Origin: Bacteroides salyersiae | GTDB taxonomy: Archaea; Thermoplasmatota; Thermoplasmata; Methanomassiliicoccales; Methanomethylophilaceae | Reading direction: 5' to 3' | Assembly: GCA_963632775.1 (NCBI GenBank) | Contig: CAVGUW010000006.1 | Span: forward strand, 1-63,990 | DNA length: 63,990 nucleotides | Shown here: positions 1 through 7,946 of the stretch, one piece after another | Numbering within the stretch: position 1 is the first letter of the stretch | Layout of the letters: every line of letters begins with the position of its first letter | Notes under the pieces: generated by a model | Told to the model about the DNA's origin: nothing | Seen by the model: the letters and a program-made list of their open reading frames with translations, nothing else | Databases searched by the model: none | Translations under genes and position numbers: made by a program

Positions 1-161
1 ATGGAGATCAGCTCACCCTTCTTGATATCGAGGTCGAAGTCCTCTATGGCGACCGTCTCCTTCTCGTCGCGCTTGTATACCTTGGTGAGGTTCCTGATGT
101 GGATGAAGCTCTCGCCTTCCTCGACCTGTCTCTTCTCCATCTCTTTCATACGATCGGTCAT
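1..161 (-). CDS. ABC transporter ATP-binding protein, N-terminal fragment; the gene continues beyond the window start
   Basis: The reverse complement of 1-161 translates as MTDRMKEMEKRQVEEGESFIHIRNLTKVYKRDEKETVAIEDFDLDIKKGELISI, a typical N-terminus for an ABC ATPase. Its ATG (159-161) abuts the TAA stop of the permease gene (162-164). Confidence 0.5.
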   Translation of the reverse strand, partial: MTDRMKEMEKRQVEEGESFIHIRNLTKVYKRDEKETVAIEDFDLDIKKGELIS

Positions 162-959
162 TTACTCAGCCCCCATCCTCTTGGAAACATATTTCTGCAG
201 ATATTCAGCGAGTGTCGTCGTGAGTATTCCGAGCACGGCTATGATTATGAGCATAGCGAACGTCATAGGCCACAATCCATTCTGACACATATCGGACACA
301 CAATATCCGACACCGTATCCGAGAGGACTGTACATCTCGGCAGCGACGATACACATCCATCCGATACCGAGACCGACCTTGACACCGTTCATCATATATG
401 GGATGGCACTCGGGGCCATGACCTTGGTGAACAGTTGGAACTTGTTCGCACCCAACGTCATCGCGGCATCGAGGAGACTCGTATCGATCTTCTTCACACC
501 GAATATGACGTTCGTCAGGAGTGGGAAGAAGATACCGATGAAGACGACGAATATCGGACCCGTGTTATAGTTGATACCGTAGATGAATACCGGTGCCCAT
601 GCCATCGGGGCTATGGGCCTCAACACCTCTATTATCGGCGTCATGAACGTGTTAAGCGTCTTCGAGAATCCGAGTATGAGTCCCAACGGTATGGCTACGA
701 CGAAGGCCAGTGCGAAACCCTGGATGAACAATGTCAGGCTCGACCTTATGTAATTCCATGCAGGCGTTCCCTTATAACCGTCCGCCAGGAACGAGCATAG
801 GGCATCCCACGTCTTGGCCGGCGTCGGAATGACAGCGGTATCCGCTATTATCGCTATGTCCCACCATGCCAAGACGAATATCGTTAGCGACAGGATCACT
901 ATCCCGATGTTCTTACCGAGACGATGGTATTTGTTATTCTCATCGTATTTGAATCTCAT
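162..959 (-). CDS. ABC transporter permease, NitT/TauT (SsuC/TauC-like) family
   Basis: The 265-aa protein is polytopic and has the binding-protein-dependent inner-membrane component signature. It lies in an operon with a substrate-binding protein and an ATPase. Confidence 0.8.
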   Translation of the reverse strand: MRFKYDENNKYHRLGKNIGIVILSLTIFVLAWWDIAIIADTAVIPTPAKTWDALCSFLADGYKGTPAWNYIRSSLTLFIQGFALAFVVAIPLGLILGFSKTLNTFMTPIIEVLRPIAPMAWAPVFIYGINYNTGPIFVVFIGIFFPLLTNVIFGVKKIDTSLLDAAMTLGANKFQLFTKVMAPSAIPYMMNGVKVGLGIGWMCIVAAEMYSPLGYGVGYCVSDMCQNGLWPMTFAMLIIIAVLGILTTTLAEYLQKYVSKRMGAE

Positions 960-1020
960 CTGAACACACTCTAACTTTGTTGCATTATTTTAGTGAATGA
1001 TATAATCCTTTTGAGAAATC

Positions 1021-1070
1021 CTATCCGATTGGATAGAACAAGTAAGGACAGGGGCCGGATGGCCACCCCA
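1021..1070 (-). terminator. two hairpins between the substrate-binding protein gene and the permease gene
   Basis: The sequence CTATCC-GATT-GGATAG (1021..1036) is a hairpin. A GC-rich imperfect hairpin lies at 1051..1070, immediately 3' of the binding-protein stop codon. A U-rich tract follows on the minus strand. Confidence 0.35.
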
Positions 1071-1071
1071 T

Positions 1072-2238
1072 TCACCTGTGGATGCCTCCATCGGTGTTCA
1101 CCGTGTTGATCGTCATCGGAGGAGCACCTACGAATCCTATATCCGTCTCCTTACCTTGGATGACCTCCAATGCCACTGCAGGTCCCTTGGCGATGGCATG
1201 TGCGCTCACTTCTACGTTATATTCATCGAAGAATCCAAGATCCATCGCGACACGGATGGCGATCTGATGGATATCACCGTCGATGAGTGCTACGCGTATG
1301 GTCTTCTTCTCTGCGAGTTTCACGTTGTCGCCACTGATCGCATCCTTGAGGTATGTGTCATTGACGAACTTGTTGGCGAACTCCGTCGAATCCTTGAATC
1401 CGAAGGAACTTATCGCCTTGGTGATGTTACCGCTCTTCTCGAGACTCGCCTCCAACTCCGCGACATCCGTCTTGAGCTTGCTGAGCGATCCGTCCGCATC
1501 ATCGGAATATGTGTAGTTGACGATGGAAAGTGCACTCTTGATGACGTCCTCCGTCAATCCCGTGGTATAATTCTCACAGATCGATACGAGTTGAGCGTAT
1601 TCATCGGAACCCTCACCCGCTGCCAAGGCTTCGTTGAGCCAATCCACACCCCTCACATATCCTGCGAGGAATGCCGTCGCCACATCCGCGTTGTTCTTGA
1701 GGAAGTTCTCGCTACCGGCGATGATACAGCATGTATGTCCCGGGAAGAGATCGTTCGTGGTTATCAATCCATAATACTGACTGTCCGCAACGATCTTACT
1801 ATACTGAGGCTCCCAGAGGATACCTCCATCCAACTCTGAGGACGTCGTCGTCGTGGCGGCATCCGCATTCGTGATGTTATCGATATAATACACGTTACCG
1901 CTTGACTTAGACTTATCGTACTTGACGAAGTTCAATCCCATACCTGTGATCATGTCCTGAAGCTGGACATGTTGGATCGATGCGGTACCCGGCGTACCGA
2001 GCACTTTCATGTCCCATGCGTCCTTTATGGGATTGTTATCGCTGTCGAAGAATTTCACGCTCGCATACGTGGTCTTCATGTAGATCCCGGAACCATCCGT
2101 GTTGACCCTCGAGATGATCTGTGCAGCCGTCGTCAGGTCTCCATCACTGTCCTTGCCATCGTTCGTAGCGATGAAGACACCCGATCCCGCGATGAATAGT
2201 ATCGCGACCACTGCTATTGCAATCGTCTTCGTGTCCAT
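1072..2238 (-). CDS. ABC transporter substrate-binding protein, NitT/TauT family, with apparently circularly permuted lobes
   Basis: An N-terminal signal anchor (IAIAVVAILFIAGSGVFIA) is present. A C-lobe-like segment (LWEPQYSKI...) precedes an N-lobe-like segment (KKTIRVALIDGD...AIAKGPAVALEVIQGKETDIGFVGAPP) at the C-terminus. This is the reverse of the order in the paralog at 14129..15247. Confidence 0.65.
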   Translation of the reverse strand: MDTKTIAIAVVAILFIAGSGVFIATNDGKDSDGDLTTAAQIISRVNTDGSGIYMKTTYASVKFFDSDNNPIKDAWDMKVLGTPGTASIQHVQLQDMITGMGLNFVKYDKSKSSGNVYYIDNITNADAATTTTSSELDGGILWEPQYSKIVADSQYYGLITTNDLFPGHTCCIIAGSENFLKNNADVATAFLAGYVRGVDWLNEALAAGEGSDEYAQLVSICENYTTGLTEDVIKSALSIVNYTYSDDADGSLSKLKTDVAELEASLEKSGNITKAISSFGFKDSTEFANKFVNDTYLKDAISGDNVKLAEKKTIRVALIDGDIHQIAIRVAMDLGFFDEYNVEVSAHAIAKGPAVALEVIQGKETDIGFVGAPPMTINTVNTDGGIHR

Positions 2239-2414
2239 TGCCTACACACCTTTGAAACGTATTCATCGGTAATGAATATAACCTTTTTTGATAATAATTT
2301 CCTTTTAAGGATAATTATTTCAAGATTGAACACAATGATACACTCGATTTCTACGATCTTAGCTCGAAGATGTGATGATGCACCTTTATAACCGCACAGA
2401 CGGTTCATGAATCC

Positions 2415-2969
2415 ATGACGACCGATCGTTCGATATCCGAATTCGTCACAGAATCGGACGGATGCAGGGTGATAAGGAAGGCCCCGACACCATCCGTCAC
2501 AAATGATGACATCCTCAGATTCAGGAAGCTATGCGAGGACAACCTGTGCGGCAACTACGGGACATCATGGACCTGTCCTCCCCACTGCGGTTCCACGGAC
2601 GAGTGCATGAACGTGGTCGCCTCATTCAGATACGCGGATGTGCTGATACGCGAATTCCGCGGATATGATGTCAACGATGAGAAGAGCATGGAGGAGATGA
2701 TGGACACCTTCCGCTCGGAATGCAGGGAGATCAAATGCAGACTGATCGACGACGGTGCGGATGTCATGGCATTCGCGGACGGTCCGTGCAGATACTGCGG
2801 TGATGATTGTTCCGTGAAGAAGGATGAGGAGTGTCCTTTCCCGGAGAAACAACTGCCATCCGTCAGCGGATACGGCATCAACATGAAGACATACATCGAA
2901 TCGTTGGGTGAATCATTCGGCTTCTCGGAGGATAAGATCACACTGTACGGAATATTCTTATTCAAGTGA
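2415..2969 (+). CDS. DUF2284-like predicted metal-binding protein
   Basis: The motif CGNYGTSWTCPPHCGS is present, along with further Cys clusters (CRYCGDDCS, ECPFP). Its stop codon directly abuts the ATG of the next gene. Confidence 0.55.
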   Translation: MTTDRSISEFVTESDGCRVIRKAPTPSVTNDDILRFRKLCEDNLCGNYGTSWTCPPHCGSTDECMNVVASFRYADVLIREFRGYDVNDEKSMEEMMDTFRSECREIKCRLIDDGADVMAFADGPCRYCGDDCSVKKDEECPFPEKQLPSVSGYGINMKTYIESLGESFGFSEDKITLYGIFLFK

Positions 2970-4079
2970 TTGTGTGAACAGGATATGACCGGTTCGAAAG
3001 TCTTTTTCACGGACTTCCACCACGACGTGGAGGAGAACTTCATAGTGAAATTCGAGAGATTCCTCAGGAAAGCAGGGATCGAGGATATCGATTACGACAA
3101 GAGATTCACCGCGATAAAGATCCATTTCGGTGAGTACGGTAACATGGTCTACCTCAGACCGGGTTATGCGAGGACCGTCGCATCCATCGTGAAGGAACAC
3201 GGAGGGATGCCCTTCGCCGTAGATTGTAATACATTATACGCGGGAAGGAGGAAGAATGCATTGGAGCACCTCGACACGGCGGCCATCAACGGATTCAATC
3301 CCCAGTCCCTTGGATGCAATGTGATCATCGGTGACGGACTGAAGGGCGATGATGATGTCGAGATACCCGTGAACGGTGAATTCGTCAAGGATGCGAAGAT
3401 CGGCCGTGCGATAGCGGATGCGGATGTCATCATAACGATCAATCACTTCAAATGCCACGAGATGGCAGGCATGGGCGGTGCGTTGAAGAACCTCGCCATG
3501 GGATGCGCATCGAGAAGAGGGAAGATGGAACAGCACGCCAACGGCAAGGTGAGTGTGGAACAGGAGAAGTGCATCGGATGCAGGAGATGCACGAAGATGT
3601 GCGCAGCCGAAGCCATAACGATCATCGACAAGAAAGCATCGGTCGATGAGGACAGGTGTACCGGTTGCGGATTGTGCATCGCATCATGTCACTACGATGC
3701 CATCGGTGCGGTATACGGCAGTGCGGAGGGTATGTGCAAGAAGATGGCCGAATATGCGAAGGCCGCCCTCATAGGGAAACCGAACTTCCACATCAACATC
3801 ATCGCCGATGTATCCCCGAGCTGCGATTGCCGCCCCAACTGTGAATTGCCGATAGTACCGAACGTCGGGATATTGGCATCCTTCGATCCCGTGGCGTTGG
3901 ATGTCGCCAGTGCCGACCTCGTCAATAAACAGAGGGTGATCCCGGGATCCCATGCGGACAAGGAGGGTCCGGAGGACATATTCCTCAGGACCAATCCGAA
4001 CACGGATTGGAGGATCACCACGGATCATGCAGAGAAGATAGGTATGGGTTCGTCCGCCTACGAACTGATAAAGATATGA
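2970..4079 (+). CDS. DUF362 family iron-sulfur protein with two 4Fe-4S ferredoxin motifs
   Basis: Two CxxCxxCxxxC-type motifs are present (CIGCRRCTKMC, CTGCGLCIASC). The N-terminal fold is DUF362-like. The gene is translationally coupled to the DUF2284 gene. Confidence 0.7.
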   Translation: MCEQDMTGSKVFFTDFHHDVEENFIVKFERFLRKAGIEDIDYDKRFTAIKIHFGEYGNMVYLRPGYARTVASIVKEHGGMPFAVDCNTLYAGRRKNALEHLDTAAINGFNPQSLGCNVIIGDGLKGDDDVEIPVNGEFVKDAKIGRAIADADVIITINHFKCHEMAGMGGALKNLAMGCASRRGKMEQHANGKVSVEQEKCIGCRRCTKMCAAEAITIIDKKASVDEDRCTGCGLCIASCHYDAIGAVYGSAEGMCKKMAEYAKAALIGKPNFHINIIADVSPSCDCRPNCELPIVPNVGILASFDPVALDVASADLVNKQRVIPGSHADKEGPEDIFLRTNPNTDWRITTDHAEKIGMGSSAYELIKI

Positions 4080-4083
4080 TGGT

Positions 4084-4113
4084 CCGGGGTCTCCCCCGGA
4101 TCCACCCTTTTTT
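4084..4113 (+). terminator. intrinsic-terminator-like hairpin plus oligo-T between convergent genes
   Basis: CCGGGG-TCTC-CCCCGG is a 6-bp GC stem at 4084-4099. It is followed by a run of T residues, TTTTTT (4108-4113). Confidence 0.55.
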
Positions 4114-5026
4114 AGAATTCCCTTCTGAGGAACAATATCCAAGCGATCACTGATGATGCGACACCCCATGTCAGCATCACCACTGCCTCCTTGAAGAGGT
4201 TGGGGTAATCGATGGTCGATGCGAACATCGACATCATACTCTTGAACTGCAACACGAACGGAGCGTAGCTCTGCGTCTCCGGATCGGATGAGTTCAATAT
4301 CGCCTCGTAGATCTTGTCCAATGCGTAGTACATCTCGTCGACGGTCGCATTGTATGTGTCCACATACTCGGGTATGCATGTGAGTATGCTCTCGGATGCG
4401 CTCGTGAGCATATACCACGTATCGCCCTTGATCATCGTGGTGATGATTGGTATGATTACCATCAATGTCAGTATGGAGAATATGATGCAGATGCTGGACC
4501 TCTTCATCACCGCACTGAATATGAACGATATCCCTGTGGCCGCGACTATGTAGCAACAGCACATCAGGAACGATTCCACTAGATGTAATGGCACGGTCTG
4601 ATGATAGATCAGTGTCATCGCCACCACACCGATGTAGTAGGCCAACAACAGCAATGCGGACAGGAGGAACGATGCCACGAACTTCCCGAGGAATATGGTG
4701 GTCTTCTTCACCGGTCTCGTGAACAGTATCAATGCGGTACGTTCCTCGTACTCCGACACCAAAGCGACGGAACCTATCAATCCTACCACGAGGATCACGA
4801 ACATACTAGCATACGTGAGATACGAGGATAGCATATCGCCCAATGTGAGCGTGTCCCATCCCTTCCCAGTGAGGAACGGGACCATCGTTATCAGGATCCA
4901 TACGATGGCCACCAGGATCGCGGATGCCAGGAACCTCTTCCCTCTCACGCTCTTCACGATCTCGTTCTTGGCGATGATGATCGATTGCCTGAAATCGTCC
5001 GTTTCTACGTAGATGTGTGCCATCAT
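4112..5026 (-). CDS. ABC-2 family transporter permease
   Basis: The 304-aa protein has six predicted transmembrane helices. Its coding sequence overlaps the upstream ATPase gene by 4 nt. Confidence 0.6.
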   Translation of the reverse strand: MMAHIYVETDDFRQSIIIAKNEIVKSVRGKRFLASAILVAIVWILITMVPFLTGKGWDTLTLGDMLSSYLTYASMFVILVVGLIGSVALVSEYEERTALILFTRPVKKTTIFLGKFVASFLLSALLLLAYYIGVVAMTLIYHQTVPLHLVESFLMCCCYIVAATGISFIFSAVMKRSSICIIFSILTLMVIIPIITTMIKGDTWYMLTSASESILTCIPEYVDTYNATVDEMYYALDKIYEAILNSSDPETQSYAPFVLQFKSMMSMFASTIDYPNLFKEAVVMLTWGVASSVIAWILFLRREF

Positions 5027-5976
5027 CTCGACTCCTTGATCAGTTTGAGATATGTCTCTTCCAATGCGGAACTCTCGTACATGCTGTAGACCCCCGCATT
5101 CATCGCGGACAGTTCGTCGAACAGTCTCTGTCTGGTATCCATGTCCTCGTCGATCACGACCTGTATGTCATTACCGAAACGTTCCGCATCGTGTACGAAG
5201 TCCAGGGAACCTATCCTCGCGATCAGATCCTCCGATGGGATGTCCTTGGTCTGGACGATCATCGTCCTCGCACCCGACACGGATGTGAACTTGCTGATCT
5301 CACCGTCCATGAGCAGATTACCGTGGTTTATCATCGCGATACGGTCGCATAGGTCCTGTACCTCCGGGAGGATGTGGGAGCTCATAACGATGGTGAGGTC
5401 CTTGGACTCGTTCCTCAGATTCTTCAATATCTCCCTCATCTCGGCCATACCCCTCGGATCGAGACCCGATGTGGGCTCATCGAGGATGATGATGCGGGGA
5501 TCGTTCATCAGTGACTGACCTATGGCGATCCTCTGCCTCATACCCTTGGAGAACGTACCCAACTTCTTGTCCGCCCATTGGGTCATCTTGACCTTCTCGA
5601 GTATCGCATCGGTCTGGGCGGCGATGCTCTCCCTCTTCATACCGATGAGTTCCCCGACGTACCTCATCGTCTCCCTCGGAGTGAGGTAACCGTAGAACTC
5701 AGGGGTCTCGATCACGGTACCGACCCTTGACAGGGCCCTCTTGGGATCGACGGTCACATCCACGCCGTCTAGATATGCACTGCCCGACGTGGCGTTTATC
5801 AGATGGGTCAGTATCTTCAGCGTGGTACTCTTACCGGCCCCGTTCGGACCCAACAGACCGGTGAAACTGTTCTTCTTGATCTTGAGATTCAGACCGTTCA
5901 GTGCAACGAAGTCCCCGTATTCCTTACGTAGGTCCACAATCTCGATAGGCCATTCATCAGACATGGTTAATCTCAA
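5023..5976 (-). CDS. ABC transporter ATP-binding protein
   Basis: Walker A (GPNGAGKSTTL), the ABC signature (FSKGMRQR) and Walker B (IIILDEPTSGLD) are present. Confidence 0.85.
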   Translation of the reverse strand: MRLTMSDEWPIEIVDLRKEYGDFVALNGLNLKIKKNSFTGLLGPNGAGKSTTLKILTHLINATSGSAYLDGVDVTVDPKRALSRVGTVIETPEFYGYLTPRETMRYVGELIGMKRESIAAQTDAILEKVKMTQWADKKLGTFSKGMRQRIAIGQSLMNDPRIIILDEPTSGLDPRGMAEMREILKNLRNESKDLTIVMSSHILPEVQDLCDRIAMINHGNLLMDGEISKFTSVSGARTMIVQTKDIPSEDLIARIGSLDFVHDAERFGNDIQVVIDEDMDTRQRLFDELSAMNAGVYSMYESSALEETYLKLIKESR

Positions 5977-6042
5977 CCCGAATATTCTGATACATCACAT
6001 ATTTACATGTATTCAATCTTTGCCTGGATAGGTCGTGAGGGC

Positions 6043-6594
6043 ATGAACAGACAGACGAGGACATTCATCTCCGTGGAACTTCCGCAATCCGATGATGTGA
6101 AGAGGATGGCGGATACGCTCAGGGACATCCCCGGCGTGAGGATCACCCCTTTCAACCAATTGCACATAACGTTGTGCTTCCTCGGTGACGTCGACAATGA
6201 TAGGATACCGAGGATCTGTTCCGAATTACAGAGAACGTTCAGGGATATGGAAGGATTCCATATCACGGTGAAGGGGATCGGTGCATTCCCGAATAAGAGG
6301 AATGCACGTATCATATGGATGGGCATCGAGGATGAGGGTAGACTCTCATCATGCGCATCGATGATCGGACGCACGCTAAAGAGGATCGGTATAAGGTACG
6401 ACGGGAAGGAGTTCACACCTCACATCACCATCGCCAGGGCGAAGGATGGTGTCGATATCACCGGGATCGCGAACGGATATGCCGATACGGAGTTCCTGAG
6501 CTTCGAATGCACCTCCATAAACGTCATGAAGAGTGTGCTTAGACCAGGTGGTGCCGAGCATTCAATCATAAGCTCGATACCTCTGAGGATATGA
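6043..6594 (+). CDS. thpR: RNA 2',3'-cyclic phosphodiesterase / 2'-5' RNA ligase (LigT/ThpR family)
   Basis: Two H-x-T motifs are present (HITLCFLGDV and HITIARAK) at spacing typical of 2H phosphoesterases. The start is placed at the internal MNRQTRTF of ORF 6007..6594. Confidence 0.65.
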   Translation: MNRQTRTFISVELPQSDDVKRMADTLRDIPGVRITPFNQLHITLCFLGDVDNDRIPRICSELQRTFRDMEGFHITVKGIGAFPNKRNARIIWMGIEDEGRLSSCASMIGRTLKRIGIRYDGKEFTPHITIARAKDGVDITGIANGYADTEFLSFECTSINVMKSVLRPGGAEHSIISSIPLRI

Positions 6595-6596
6595 GA

Positions 6597-6652
6597 GTTA
6601 ATATTAACTGTAATATGCGCTTTAAATATCCTATGAAGACGAGACATGTCTC
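6597..6652 (+). promoter_or_regulatory. promoter region with a TATA box flanked by two perfect 12-bp palindromes
   Basis: GTTAATATTAAC lies at 6597-6608. A TATA-like TTTAAATAT lies at 6621-6629. GAGACATGTCTC (6641-6652) abuts the ATG at 6653. Confidence 0.45.
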
Positions 6653-7141
6653 ATGTTGTTAAGAGACATACATGGTTCCGGATTGAGGAAGGACAGATCC
6701 GGCGGTATCGAAGGATTGCCGCTCCAGCTCATGATCCTCATCCTCATCGCCACATTGGCAACGGCCATCATAATCGGATGGATGGGGAACATCTCCACGC
6801 CTGATGCGATAGGGGATGTGACCGTCGACAAGAGCGGTGTCACCGCGTCAGTGAATTATCCGAATGATGGATATTACGTGTTGAAAGATACGTTCACGGT
6901 ATATGTGACGGATCAGAACGGCGACCCGCTCAAGGATGCGATCGTCACCCTGTCGGGACAAGGGGTACGGGATATGAGCGGAAAGACGGTATACACCAGT
7001 ACCGATGCCGACGGCAAGGCCGTGTTCAAGTCTGGTACTGTAAAAATGAAGATGAGCTCCACCACGGCCTTCATCACGATCGAGGTATCGAAACCGGGAT
7101 ATGGTGAGGATTCGTCATGCAAGATCGCGGTCATCTCCTGA
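6653..7141 (+). CDS. class III signal peptide (type IV pilin-like) protein with a C-terminal beta-sandwich (PEGA/CarboxypepD_reg-like) domain
   Basis: A charged N-region is followed by a hydrophobic helix (RSGGIEGLPLQLMILILIATLATAIIIG). The C-terminal segment VYVTDQNGDPLKDAIVTLSG...STDADGKAVFK fits the PEGA/CarboxypepD_reg pattern. Confidence 0.45.
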   Translation: MLLRDIHGSGLRKDRSGGIEGLPLQLMILILIATLATAIIIGWMGNISTPDAIGDVTVDKSGVTASVNYPNDGYYVLKDTFTVYVTDQNGDPLKDAIVTLSGQGVRDMSGKTVYTSTDADGKAVFKSGTVKMKMSSTTAFITIEVSKPGYGEDSSCKIAVIS

Positions 7142-7569
7142 TGCGGGACAGGAAGGCCGTCATCGGCATGCCCATCAAGCTCCTGATCGTCATGGTCATA
7201 CTCACGATATCCATCCCCATCGTCCACAATGCGTTGGAGATCAACGAGGAATCGATGATGGGGACCAAGATGGATCGGGAATGTGATCGGATCACCGATT
7301 GCGTCAGGGACATCTACTACTCCGGGATCGGTTCGGTCAAGACGGTCGAGATCGATCTCCCCCAGGGTTGTGAGCTGATCATCGGCGGCAAGGGTGCGGA
7401 TGCGTACTGCATAGCATCATACTTCGAAGGCAAGAGACTCTCAACGACCTATATGGATGGGCCGGTGGTCAGATTCGCCGACGAACTGTACGTCTCCGGC
7501 GATACGAGGCTCAGGATGGGCGTGGCTCTCGTTGACGGGGAGTACGTGATCGAGGTGTCGGTCGTATGA
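7117..7569 (+). CDS. pilin-like small membrane protein
   Basis: The N-terminus RKAVIGMPIKLLIVMVILTISIPIV has the pilin-like charged-then-hydrophobic pattern. An LPQGCE motif is shared with the next ORF. The gene overlaps the upstream gene. Confidence 0.4.
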   Translation: MQDRGHLLMRDRKAVIGMPIKLLIVMVILTISIPIVHNALEINEESMMGTKMDRECDRITDCVRDIYYSGIGSVKTVEIDLPQGCELIIGGKGADAYCIASYFEGKRLSTTYMDGPVVRFADELYVSGDTRLRMGVALVDGEYVIEVSVV

Positions 7570-7946
7570 TGGAGTTCACACTGTCCCGTGCGATCCTCTG
7601 CATAGCGGGCGTGTTGATGTTGGGTGCGTTGATCGTGCCGGTCATGGGTGCATTCGAGGACAGGGATGATGGATCATACCAGGATCAATCGGAGAGGATA
7701 GCATCCATGTTCGATACGTTCTACGCATCGGACGTGGATGAACTCACGATCCACATGGACAAGATACTCCCTCAGGGTTGCGAGATGGGACTGGATGGTA
7801 ACATATTGACCTTATATCACAACGAGAAGGGATTCATGTCGATGATCGTCACCGATACGGATCCCGATTCCGAAAGATACGGTCGCGGACAGACCGTCAC
7901 GCTGACCAAGGGTCACGACAGCATAGTGATCAGAACTGTCACTTAG
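7566..7946 (+). CDS. pilin-like small membrane protein, paralog of 7117..7569
   Basis: The N-terminal hydrophobic segment is ILCIAGVLMLGALIVPV. An LPQGCE motif is present. The gene has an ATGA start/stop overlap with the upstream gene. Confidence 0.4.
   Translation: MMEFTLSRAILCIAGVLMLGALIVPVMGAFEDRDDGSYQDQSERIASMFDTFYASDVDELTIHMDKILPQGCEMGLDGNILTLYHNEKGFMSMIVTDTDPDSERYGRGQTVTLTKGHDSIVIRTVT

Noticed and set aside
99-800. Long plus-strand ORF (233 aa) antisense to the ABC permease gene
   Set aside because: It lies entirely within the clearly coding minus-strand permease. Its composition is Arg/His/Asp-rich with no motif. It is a typical shadow ORF of high-GC coding DNA.
3684-4562. 292-aa minus-strand ORF overlapping the DUF362 gene and the ABC-2 permease gene
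   Set aside because: It spans two real genes and the terminator between them. It is His/Arg-rich and low-complexity. It is a frame artefact.
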